A stretch of DNA of 64,000 nt from positions 12,451 to 76,450 of the forward strand of contig CAZITQ010000003.1 of the NCBI GenBank assembly GCA_964542165.1, written 5' to 3'. Shown here in pieces: positions 52,049 through 62,119 of the stretch. The first letter of the stretch is position 1; every line of letters starts with the position of its first letter. The position numbers were made by a program, and so were the translations under genes. The notes under the pieces are model-generated. The model saw only the letters and a program-made list of their open reading frames with translations, made no database searches and was not told the origin of the DNA. The stretch is from an uncultured Rickettsiales bacterium (GTDB lineage Bacteria; Myxococcota_A; UBA796; UBA9615; CAYRNR01).

Positions 52049-52378
52049 TCACACCTGCAGTCGCATGATCTCTTCGTACGCCGAGACCGCGCGGTTGCGC
52101 AGCTGGACCACGAAGCGCATCCCCAGATCCGCCTCCTGGATCTTGACCATCGCCGTGTGCATGTCCGTCTCACCGCCGGTCATCAGGTCCACCACCGCGG
52201 AGTCCGCGGATCGTCCCGACTCCACGACCGAGCCGACCATCTCCTTGACCTTGCCGACGAATTCCGCCCCCCCGAGCTCCCCCGCGGCACCCACCCCGCC
52301 GGCTGCGGCGGTGGACAGGGTCTTCAACGCCTCCTGGGCGCCCTGGGTTCCGGCAGCGAACGACGTATCGACCTTCAT
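52049..52378 (-). CDS. fliE: Flagellar hook-basal body protein FliE
   Basis: C-terminal DMHTAMVKIQEADLGMRFVVQLRNRAVSAYEEIMRLQV. Confidence 0.85.
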   Translation of the reverse strand: MKVDTSFAAGTQGAQEALKTLSTAAAGGVGAAGELGGAEFVGKVKEMVGSVVESGRSADSAVVDLMTGGETDMHTAMVKIQEADLGMRFVVQLRNRAVSAYEEIMRLQV

Positions 52379-52388
52379 CTCCGCCTCC

Positions 52389-52823
52389 TCACTTGCCGAT
52401 CTCGAGGGCCTTGAGCAGCATCGAACGGGTGGTGGTGAGCGCCGAGACGTTGGCCTCGTACGAGCGCGAGGCGTTGATCAGGTCCACCATCTCCCGCATC
52501 ACGTCCACGTTGGGCATCAGCACGTATCCGGTGGGATCCGCGTCGGGGTGGCCGGGGTCGTAGACCCGCCGCGGGCCACTCGGGTCGTCCTGCACGTCCT
52601 GGACGATCACCTGTTGCATGTGCCGGTTGAGCTCGGAACGGAACTCGCCGCCCGCGCCGGGGACCTCGGTGGACAGAAACACCGGCTCCTTGCGGATGTA
52701 GGGTCCACCTTCCGCGGTGCGCGTGGCCGAGGCGTTGGCCAGGTTGGCCGAGATCACCTCGAGGCGCAGCTGCTGGGCCGACAACCCGCTGGCGCTGATC
52801 TGGAGCAGTCCGACGAGATCCAT
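52389..52823 (-). CDS. flgC: Flagellar proximal rod protein FlgC
   Basis: ISASGLSAQQLRLEVISANLANASATRT.EGGPY. C-terminal NVDVMREMVDLINASRSYEAN. Confidence 0.95.
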   Translation of the reverse strand: MDLVGLLQISASGLSAQQLRLEVISANLANASATRTAEGGPYIRKEPVFLSTEVPGAGGEFRSELNRHMQQVIVQDVQDDPSGPRRVYDPGHPDADPTGYVLMPNVDVMREMVDLINASRSYEANVSALTTTRSMLLKALEIGK

Positions 52824-52828
52824 CGTTC

Positions 52829-53209
52829 CTATCCCTTCCCCTCGGTGACCGCATAGCGCAGGAGACCGACGCGACGATTGAGGACCTCGACGGAGGCGCT
52901 GTACAGCATCTGGTTCTCCGTGAGGACCGCCATCTCCCGCTGTGGATCCACCGAGTTGCCGTCCGCGGCCCAGGCCGGGGGGTCCGCCAGCTTCACCTCC
53001 ACCGCCTCACCCAGGGATCCGGATGTCGGACCGCCCTCGGCGGACCGCAGCAGATTCGCCAGGGAGCGGCCGAAGTCGATGTGCCGCGCACGGAATCCCG
53101 GCGTGTCGCTGTTCGCCAGGTTCGTGACGGTCATCGCGTGCTGACGGGTTCGCAGGTCGAGCACCTTCTCGATGGCCGCGCTGATCGGGTCGAGTAGGGT
53201 CGAGCTCAT
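52829..53209 (-). CDS. flgB: Flagellar proximal rod protein FlgB
   Basis: ATG 53209 after CCGGAGGAACC. LDLRTRQHAMTVTNLANSDTPGFRARHIDF. Confidence 0.9.
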   Translation of the reverse strand: MSSTLLDPISAAIEKVLDLRTRQHAMTVTNLANSDTPGFRARHIDFGRSLANLLRSAEGGPTSGSLGEAVEVKLADPPAWAADGNSVDPQREMAVLTENQMLYSASVEVLNRRVGLLRYAVTEGKG

Positions 53210-53249
53210 GGTTCCTCCGGCCCCACCACGGGGCACCGGAGGTCACAGC

Positions 53250-53266
53250 TTGCAAGCTACGTGCCT
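53250..53266 (-). promoter_or_regulatory. Sigma-54 promoter AGGCAC-N5-TTGCA upstream of flgB
   Basis: The minus strand reads AGGCACGTAGCTTGCAA with GG-N10-GC spacing, about 42 nt upstream of the flgB ATG. Confidence 0.65.
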
Positions 53267-53329
53267 GACCGGAATCGGGGGACGTGAACGATGTGGGGGG
53301 TGGAGATTCGACGGGTGGCTGACGACGCC

Positions 53330-53343
53330 GTCAACGGTCTGAC
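53330..53343. promoter_or_regulatory. GTCA-N6-TGAC palindrome (candidate enhancer/UAS for the flgB sigma-54 promoter)
   Basis: gtcaacggtctgac overlaps the stop codon of the TPR gene, about 65 nt upstream of the -24 element. Confidence 0.45.
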
Positions 53344-55708
53344 GGATGGCTGGCGCCGGTGGCGTCGGAGTCGAAGGCGCTGGGCACACCGATGAGCTTG
53401 TCCATGCGGCGGTACCACAGCATCTCGGCCGCCTCCTCGGTGGCGAGGCCGTTCCAGAAGGCGGGCTCCCCGCCCCGGGACGGATCGTCGAGCAGGGCGT
53501 GGGCCTCGTCCAGTCGACCCTGATCGCGCAGGACCTTGGCCCGCAGGTACAGGGCGGCCTCCCGCGAGGTGGCGGGAAGGTCCCCCGCGACGAGGGCCGT
53601 CAACCGCTCGTCGGCGGCCTGCAGTCGTCCGGCCCGGTAGAGTGCCCACGACTCGAGGAGCTGGTCCTCGGCGACCGGCTCCGCACCGGTGGCCCTCGCC
53701 CGGCCCAGCGCGTCGGCGGCGTCGGCCCAGCGCTCCTGGCGCAGCGCCACGTGCCCGGCGAGCCGCTCGGCGCGTGCCCGGATGTCCGCGGGGGCAGACC
53801 GCGCCTCCAGTACACCGGCGACCCGCTCCCCCGCCTCGCCGACGCGTCCGGCGCTCAGCAGCAGATTCGCCTCGAGCACATCGGCCTGCAGCATCCGGGA
53901 GGAGGTCGTGGCGGACTTGCGGAAATAGGCCACGGTCTCCAGGCCCGCGTCGAGGCGGTCCAGGGCGTGGTACAGCTCCGCCAGACGCAGGAGCACCTCC
54001 TCGCGCTGGTCGACGGTGATTCGCTCGTCGGCGAGCATCGAGGTCAGAGCCCGGCGGGCCTCCTCGTGCAGCTGCAGCGCCCGCAGGTCTCCAGCCACCT
54101 CCCACAGCAACGCTGGATCCGTGCAGGTGGCGGCATCCCGGCGGTCGACGAATTCCAGGTAGAGCCCGGCTGCGAGGACCTGGTTGTCCTCCTCGCGCGC
54201 CATCTGCATCAGCTCCGCGGCGGCGGAGCACATCCGGCCCTCGACCTGCAGTCGACCCATGAACTCGCCGTGGAAGCGCAGGGTCTCCTTGTCCAGCCGG
54301 CATCCGTCGAGCAGCATCCCGTTGTGGTGCAGGAAGGCGGCCTCGGCCAGAGCGATCTCCAGGGCCGTCGTCGGCTCCACCTGGCTCAACACGCGCAGAT
54401 GGGCGATGGCGTCGGGGAATTCCAGCTCACCGCCGCCGGTGAGCAGATCCCACTCGAGCCGTCGCAGCCGCTCCATCAGGCTCGCGCGCCCCGTGGCGTC
54501 CGCCTTGAGCTCCCCGAGCCAGTAGCGCACGTCGGCCTCGTCGTCGCGCATCATCGCGCAGTCCACCAGTCGCACCAGGACCAGGTGCTGGCGCTCGGGG
54601 TCCTGGTCCAGGAGGCGAACGAGCAGGCTGGCGGCGTGCTTGGGTTCCGCCGCCCGGTACGCCAGCTCCGCTTCCAGCCAGGGATCGAACTCGATGTCCG
54701 GCCAGCCCCTCCGCAGGATCTCGACCGATGCGTTGGCCTCCTGCATCCGCTCCATGGCGGCAAACGTCGTCGCGAGCCCCGCCAGGGCGTTGCCCCGGGC
54801 CTCGTTCGGCAGCGCCTCCCCGGCCCGCTCCAGGTCGTCGATGGCCGAATCCAGCCGGCCCATCGCCTGGCGGGCCATCCCCTGGCCCAGCAGGTGCCAG
54901 CCCGCCCGCGGTGTGTAGGAGAACTGGCGCGCCGCTCTCTCGAAGTAGTAGGCCGCCTCGTCGTAGGCCCCGGCGAGGTAGAGACACTCGCCGGCCAGGG
55001 CCAGGGTCGACTCGTGGGTGAGATCGTCCTCCATCCGCGAGGCCACCAGCTGGAATCGTGCCCCGCACTCGTCCCACCAGGCCGGGTCCTCGCCGGCGTC
55101 CGCCTTGGCCCGCGCCTCCATCCCCGCCGCGAGGCTCGGGGTCACGATCAGCGAGGTGGTGGTCTCGATCTCCGCCGCGGCGGCGTCGTCGAGGGGGACC
55201 GTCGGCAGGATGACGCTGTCCCCCGCGGCCACGAAGGGACGCGAAACGAAGGACCAGGGGCTCGCCTCTCCCAGGGGCAGATAGCCCATGCCCTCGCCCG
55301 GGTGGGCGCGCCCTGGGTTGACCCCCTCGGCGAGCGATTCGCCCAACGCGGTGGGGTGCTCCCCCTCCTCCCGAGCACGCAGCTCCACCCGGAGCTCGCC
55401 GTCGGGCCCGAGACGGACGGTCGAACCGTCGACCACCTCGTCCAGGACCAGGACCACAACGGTGCTGCCGTCGTCCCGGATCTCGACCCTCGCGGCGTCC
55501 ACGCGGTCGTGGCGCAGCACCTCCACCTGACGGAGCAGGTCGGGATCGCCGCGCCAGATCTGGATCCGCAGTTCGCCCCAGACCGGGCAGGGGTCCCAGG
55601 TCGCGCGAGCGTCCTCTCCCAGATCGAGGGTCACCGGGCCGCTGCGGCTCCGGGCGGCCGCCGGCAGGGCGGTGGTGATCGTCAGCAGGACGATCGGGAG
55701 GAGGCTCC

Positions 55709-55712
<4 letters not shown>
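53331..55712 (-). CDS. Large periplasmic TPR-repeat protein (793 aa) in the flagellar operon
   Basis: ATG 55712 makes an ATGA overlap with the activator stop. Signal peptide MRSLLPIVLLTITTALPAAA. Multiple TPR-like A..YY..A......, L..G.A....G....A pairs throughout. Confidence 0.7.
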
Positions 55713-57124
<1,412 letters not shown>

Positions 57125-57287
57125 GGGGAACGCCGATGGCGGCGGCGTGCCCGGTGTCGCGTTGCCACGCCGGCTCTCAGGTCGGGGGATCGCCCTGCGA
57201 AGCCGTCATGGCTCCGCGCGGGCGTCCGAACAGAGTGCCGTCCTAGACTCCCAATTGTTGCATGCGCAGTAACTGGCTCTGATAACA

Positions 57288-57316
57288 AATGTACTGCAGG
57301 CGTGGGCAGGGGTCAA
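57288..57316 (-). promoter_or_regulatory. Candidate sigma-70 promoter TTGACC-N17-TACATT for the activator gene
   Basis: The minus strand reads CCAAAAAAAGCGATTGACC-(17 nt)-TACATT in a locally AT-richer gap. Confidence 0.4.
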
Positions 57317-57412
57317 TCGCTTTTTTTGGACCGCCAAGAAAATGGCTCCAACCCACGGAGATCGCTGGGGAAAGTCGATGGGCTGCGGCGAAGGGCGCTT
57401 CGCGCAGCCGCT

Positions 57413-58495
57413 TCAGGCGGGGCAGCAGACCTGGTTTCGACCGCTCTTCTTGGCCTGGTAGAGGGCCTGGTCCGCGCGCTTGAGGAGGTCCTCGGCCGCC
57501 TCCCCCGCCTTGGCCGAGGCGACGCCGAAGCTCGCGGTGCAGCGCAACGCGCCAGAGCCGGTGTCGACGGACAGGGCGGCGATGGCCTGACGGATCCGCT
57601 CGGCCACCGCGGCGCCGCCCGGCCCATCGGTGTCGGAAAGCAGGATCGCGAACTCCTCCCCGCCGAAGCGGGCGGCGTAGTCGGTCTTGCGCAGGACGTT
57701 CTCGGCCAGACACCGGCCGACGGTCGACAGCACCTTGTCCCCCACGTCGTGCCCGTAGGTGTCGTTGACGGACTTGAAGTGGTCCAGGTCGATCATGACC
57801 ATGCACAGGTGGTCGTCCTCGACCCCGGGCAGGCGCTCGGACATGAACTCGTCCAGCCATCGGCGGCTGCAGACCCCGGTCAGCGCGTCGATCTGCAGCT
57901 TCTGCTCCGCGCGGGAGAGCTTGCTGCGCATCTTGCCCAGCTCCTTGTGCAGGGCCTTCTCCCGCCCCTTCTCCTGCTCGCGCTGCTTCTCGACCGACTC
58001 CGAGAGGCTCTTGACCTTCTTGCGCACGGTGTCGACCACGGACTCCAGGTCACCGAGTTCGGTGGCCTGGCGGATCTCGCCGATGACCTTCTCCATCTCC
58101 TGACGGGAGTCCTCGGCCTCCTGGACGCCCTGGATGAAGGCCGAAGAGATGTCCTCGACCAGGGATCCCAGGAGCTGCTCCCGGGCCTTGTTGAGGTGCA
58201 GTAGCTCCTGGACGAGTCCGCCGACCGTGACCCGAGCCTCCTTCTCGGCCGGGGCCTTTCCGTCCTTGAGCGTGGTGTCCAGGTCATCCAGCGAGCGGCG
58301 GAACTTGGTGAGCTCCTTGTAGGGCGAGTGCACGGCAAGGTGGCGGAAGGCGACCACCAGCGTCCTCGCTGTCCGCGAGAGAGCCTTGACCGCGATCTGC
58401 TGCTCCTCCATCAAGGAGCGGGCGGCCTGGCGGCGGTCCGCGGCCCCCGCGGGGCGCCCGCCGCCTTTCTTGCCACCCTGCTGCCACCAGGACAT
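57413..58495 (-). CDS. GGDEF diguanylate cyclase with N-terminal coiled-coil region
   Basis: ATG 58495 (MSWWQQGGKKGG). GGEEF active site with an RKTD (RxxD) I-site 5 residues upstream. DLDHFKSVNDTYGH. Confidence 0.85.
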   Translation of the reverse strand: MSWWQQGGKKGGGRPAGAADRRQAARSLMEEQQIAVKALSRTARTLVVAFRHLAVHSPYKELTKFRRSLDDLDTTLKDGKAPAEKEARVTVGGLVQELLHLNKAREQLLGSLVEDISSAFIQGVQEAEDSRQEMEKVIGEIRQATELGDLESVVDTVRKKVKSLSESVEKQREQEKGREKALHKELGKMRSKLSRAEQKLQIDALTGVCSRRWLDEFMSERLPGVEDDHLCMVMIDLDHFKSVNDTYGHDVGDKVLSTVGRCLAENVLRKTDYAARFGGEEFAILLSDTDGPGGAAVAERIRQAIAALSVDTGSGALRCTASFGVASAKAGEAAEDLLKRADQALYQAKKSGRNQVCCPA

Positions 58496-58658
58496 GCGTG
58501 CCCCTCTCGCGCGACCCACATTCGACCGATGATTATAAAGCCGGTTTGATGGGACCACCAGCCATGGCCACTGCGGCGCTCCCCCTCGATCGCCCCGTCG
58601 CGAGCAAAAAACGAGCCCCGGGCTAAAGGACTCGTACCTTGCGTCCGATACCTCCCCC

Positions 58659-59069
58659 ATGGACCACCCCGACATCGATCACGCGCTCTGCCCCGACCTG
58701 CTGGTCTATGCCGGCCACGTCGACGACGTCGACGAGGACTCCGTCGTCGCCGCCCTCACCGAGACGGGGGTCCAGGTGAGGCGAGCGCGCACGGCACAGG
58801 AAGCGGCGGCGCTGGTGCGTTTTCTACCGGTGAGGCTGCTGGTGGTCGGCCTGGACGGCCCCGAGGATGTCTGGCGCCTGATCCGCGAGACGGCCAACGG
58901 CGAGCGACCGATCCCCGTGGCCTGCCTTTCCGCCACCGCGACCCGCAGCCGGGTCCTCGGCGCCGTGCGGCGGGGGGCCAGCAGCTATCTGGTGGGGCCG
59001 ATCGACGGTTCGGCGGTAGCCACCTCGCTGACCCCGCTACTCAACGGCCACGCCCCTCCCCAGGAGTAG
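58659..59069 (+). CDS. Receiver-like (CheY-fold) domain protein, truncated by a 50-bp duplication
   Basis: Weak REC-like pattern (LLVYAG..., RLLVVGLDGPED, ..PVACLSA). The stop TAG is created exactly at the duplication junction. Confidence 0.4.
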   Translation: MDHPDIDHALCPDLLVYAGHVDDVDEDSVVAALTETGVQVRRARTAQEAAALVRFLPVRLLVVGLDGPEDVWRLIRETANGERPIPVACLSATATRSRVLGAVRRGASSYLVGPIDGSAVATSLTPLLNGHAPPQE

Positions 59070-59115
59070 CCACCTCGCTGACCCCGCTACTCAACGGCCA
59101 CGCCCCTCCCCAGGA
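59016..59115 (+). repeat. Perfect 50-bp direct tandem duplication (2 copies)
   Basis: 59016-59065 and 59066-59115 are identical base for base. The flanking bases differ. Confidence 0.95.
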
Positions 59116-59171
59116 CGAGCCGTCGATCTCGCCCGGCGGCTCCCTCGAAGAACTCGCCTCCTGACCCGCGC

Positions 59172-60356
59172 TCACCCGACCAGCCACAGCTCCTTCTGGG
59201 GCGGTGACAGGAACCGGCAGCCGTCCGCTGTGACCACGACGATTTCCTCCACCGTCGCCACGCCATGGCCTTCGATGGGGAGCCTGGGCTCGATGGTGTA
59301 GACCTGGCCCTCGCGCACCTTCATGTGGGGGATGTCCCCGTACCGCTCCCACTCGGGCGCCAGGAGCCCGCCCCCGTCGTGGGCCTCGCGACCGATCTGG
59401 TGTCCCAGGGCATGGGGGTACTCCGGGTACCCTCGGTCGGTGATGTACCCGCGGGCGACGGCGTCGACCTCCTTGCCCGTCACACCGGGCCGGAGGAACT
59501 CGGCGGCGGCGTGGACCGCATCGACCACGGTGCGGAAACCGCGCTCCACCTCGGGAGGGGCAGTGTCCTCGCCGTCCCGGAGGAAGTACCAGGTCCGTTG
59601 CAGGTCGGAGCAGTAGTCGTCCACGCGGACGCCGAAATCGATGTTCAGGACGTGCCCCGGGTCCACCCGCCGGTCCGTGGGGCCCGCGTGGGCACCGGCC
59701 GAATCGGGTCCAGTGAACACGGCCGGGCAGTGCTCGGGATCCCAGGCCAGCCCCACCCCCTCACGCTCGACCTCGGCCAGCAGGAAGGCGGCGATCTCCT
59801 TCTCCGTCCGGCCCGCTCTCATGAAAGAAGACGCGCGCGCGAACAGATCGATCGTGAGGTCCACGGCGGCGCGAATCCTCGCCAGCTCGGTGGGCGTCTT
59901 GAGACCCCGGAGGTCCGCCAGCAGGGCCTCGGACGAGACGAACCGCTCCGGGTAGGGGGTGCCCTCCAGCAAATCCACCAGCTGCAAGTAGAGCCCGTGG
60001 CGAAGGCCGTCCGCCATGGGTGAGTTGCGCGAGTAGTTGAGGCCGACCCGGATCGGATCCAGCCGCGTGAGCTGCTCCCGCAGCGGATCCCGTACCGAGT
60101 TCACGTAGCCGGTGACCTCCGGGAAGGTGCCGGCCCCCTCCACGTTGGCGACGTCCAGGCTTCCCACCAGGGCGAACGTGTGCCCCGAACGGTGGATGCC
60201 GAAGGCCGACGACCAGGTCACGTTCGCCCCCAGGATCAGGTCCAGGGAGGGATCGGGGAGGCTGGCGCTCTCGGACACGAAGGTCAGCCACAGGTCCAGG
60301 CCGTGCTCGGAGAGCAGGGACACGGCCTGGTCGATCTTCTCGGTCCGGAGGCTCAC
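59172..60356 (-). CDS. M24-family Xaa-Pro aminopeptidase/creatinase-like metallopeptidase
   Basis: GTG 60356 makes a GTGA overlap with the pepT stop. Pita-bread motifs DFGVRVDDYCSDLQRT, HALGHQIGREAHD and VYTIEP. Confidence 0.85.
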   Translation of the reverse strand: MSLRTEKIDQAVSLLSEHGLDLWLTFVSESASLPDPSLDLILGANVTWSSAFGIHRSGHTFALVGSLDVANVEGAGTFPEVTGYVNSVRDPLREQLTRLDPIRVGLNYSRNSPMADGLRHGLYLQLVDLLEGTPYPERFVSSEALLADLRGLKTPTELARIRAAVDLTIDLFARASSFMRAGRTEKEIAAFLLAEVEREGVGLAWDPEHCPAVFTGPDSAGAHAGPTDRRVDPGHVLNIDFGVRVDDYCSDLQRTWYFLRDGEDTAPPEVERGFRTVVDAVHAAAEFLRPGVTGKEVDAVARGYITDRGYPEYPHALGHQIGREAHDGGGLLAPEWERYGDIPHMKVREGQVYTIEPRLPIEGHGVATVEEIVVVTADGCRFLSPPQKELWLVG

Positions 60357-61591
60357 GCCCGCTCCTCCCACAGCCGGATCAGGTGGACGCCCACGTCCAC
60401 GGCTCGCTTCATGGTCTCGATCCCGACGTACTCGCGCAGGGAGTGGAAGTTGAGGCCGCCGGCGAAGATGTTGGGGGTCGGCAGACCCTCGTTGGTCAGC
60501 CGGGAGCCGTCGGTCCCACCGCGGATGGACGCGACCACCGGGTCGAGGCCCGCTCGCCGGATGGCCTCCTCCGCCCGTTCGTGCACCTCGGGGTGCTTCT
60601 CCAGCTCGTCTCGCATGTTTCGGTACTGCGTCTTGACCTCGATCTGAACCGCGCTCCCCGGGACCTGGGCCTCGGCCTGGCGCGCCAGGTCGTTGAGGTA
60701 GGCCTCCTGCTCCCGCAGGTCCTGGGTCACGAAGGAACGCAGCAGCACCTTGACGGTGACCTTGTCCACACCGCCCTCGATGGCGTAGGGGTGCACGTAC
60801 TGTTCCATCCCCGCGGTGGTCTCCGGGCTCAGCCGGTCCTTGGGCAGACGATCCACGAAGGCGGCGGCCACCTTCACCGCGTTGATCATCTTGTCCTTGG
60901 CGAACCCCGGGTGAACGTTGACCCCGTTGCAGGTGACCACGGCCAGGTCGGCAGAGAAGGTCTCGATCTCCATCTGGCCCGCGGTGGTGCCGTCGAAGGT
61001 GTAGGCGGCCACGGCGCCCACCTTGTCCTTGTTCAGCTTGTCCACGCCGCGGCCGATCTCCTCGTCCACGGTGAACACGACCCGGACGGGTCCGCGCTTG
61101 ATCTCCGGGTGACGGGCGAGGTGGGCCACTGCGTCCATGATCTCGGCGATGCCGGCCTTGTCGTCTGCACCCAGCAGGGTCGTTCCGTCGCTGGTGATCA
61201 CCTGGGTCCCGACCAGGTCGTTCAGATGGGGGTTGTCCGCCACCGCGATGACCATGTCCGGTGCGCCCGGCAGGACGAGGTCACCGCCCTCGTAATCGTG
61301 GATGATGGGGTTGACGTTCACCCCCGGAGCGTCCGGGGAGGTGTCCTGGTGGGCGAGCAGGGCGATGGTGGGGACGTCCTTGTCGCTGTTGGAGGGGAGC
61401 AGTCCGTAGACGTAGCCGTTGTCGTCCAGCTCGGCCTCCAGGCCCAGCTCGTTGAGCTCCTGGACCAGGAGCCGGCCCAGCACCTTCTGCTTCTCGGTGC
61501 TGGGGCAGGTCGGGGAACTCTCGTCAGCCTGGGTGTCGATCTGGACGTAGCGCAGGAATCGGTCCACCACGGTGTAATCGATCTCGCTCAT
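60353..61591 (-). CDS. pepT: Peptidase T (tripeptide aminopeptidase, M20B)
   Basis: Starts MSEIDYTVVDRFLRYVQIDTQADE..PTCPSTEKQ. Also LLAHQDTSPD, GADDKAGIAEIM and IRGGTDGS. Confidence 0.9.
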   Translation of the reverse strand: MSEIDYTVVDRFLRYVQIDTQADESSPTCPSTEKQKVLGRLLVQELNELGLEAELDDNGYVYGLLPSNSDKDVPTIALLAHQDTSPDAPGVNVNPIIHDYEGGDLVLPGAPDMVIAVADNPHLNDLVGTQVITSDGTTLLGADDKAGIAEIMDAVAHLARHPEIKRGPVRVVFTVDEEIGRGVDKLNKDKVGAVAAYTFDGTTAGQMEIETFSADLAVVTCNGVNVHPGFAKDKMINAVKVAAAFVDRLPKDRLSPETTAGMEQYVHPYAIEGGVDKVTVKVLLRSFVTQDLREQEAYLNDLARQAEAQVPGSAVQIEVKTQYRNMRDELEKHPEVHERAEEAIRRAGLDPVVASIRGGTDGSRLTNEGLPTPNIFAGGLNFHSLREYVGIETMKRAVDVGVHLIRLWEERA

Positions 61592-61744
61592 GGGACGGCC
61601 TTCCGGGTTGGGGTTGCGGCAGCCCCACGCCGGGCAGCGGGCAGCGGGGCGGGGGGCAGAGACTATCGGAACGCGGGAGGGCCGGCAAGCGGTCCGCCGG
61701 CGTCCTCCCACGCCGATCCGATATACTCCGTTGACGAGGTCCAC

Positions 61745-61924
61745 ATGCGCGACGGATTCCTTTGGCTGGCACTCGCACTCGCCCTCGGATCACTGTTCGG
61801 GGCAGCCTGCGATCCCCCCCCCTGGGAGATGCCCTGCCCGGAGGGCTGGGTGATGGACGCCGATCAGAACTGCTACGACCCCGCGGGGGACGACGATTCG
61901 GCTTCGGACGAGGCCGAGGAGTGA
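61745..61924 (+). CDS. Small Cys-containing acidic lipoprotein (59 aa, hypothetical)
   Basis: ATG 61745. Lipoprotein signal LALALALGSLFGAAC. Mature part CDPPPWEMPCPEGWVMDADQNCYDP then an acidic tail. Confidence 0.35.
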   Translation: MRDGFLWLALALALGSLFGAACDPPPWEMPCPEGWVMDADQNCYDPAGDDDSASDEAEE

Positions 61925-62119
61925 TCCCACGCCGCTCCCGTTCGGGAAACGGCGGCGAAAACGTGGACCCGGACGTCATCGTTTCGCTACACTGCTAGGA
62001 ACCCGAGGCATGAGGCCGCGGATCGTTTTGCGCGCACAGGCACGCAGGACGTGGACGTGGACGCATGCAGGCGAGAATAAAAGGGGCTCTCGAACGACCC
62101 GTTCTCGAGGGAGGACCAC

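Noticed and set aside
57226-57239. Possible sigma-54 element GGCACTCTGTTCGG upstream of the activator gene
   Set aside because: The -12 position reads GG instead of GC (TTCGG rather than TTGC), so it fails the GG-N10-GC rule.
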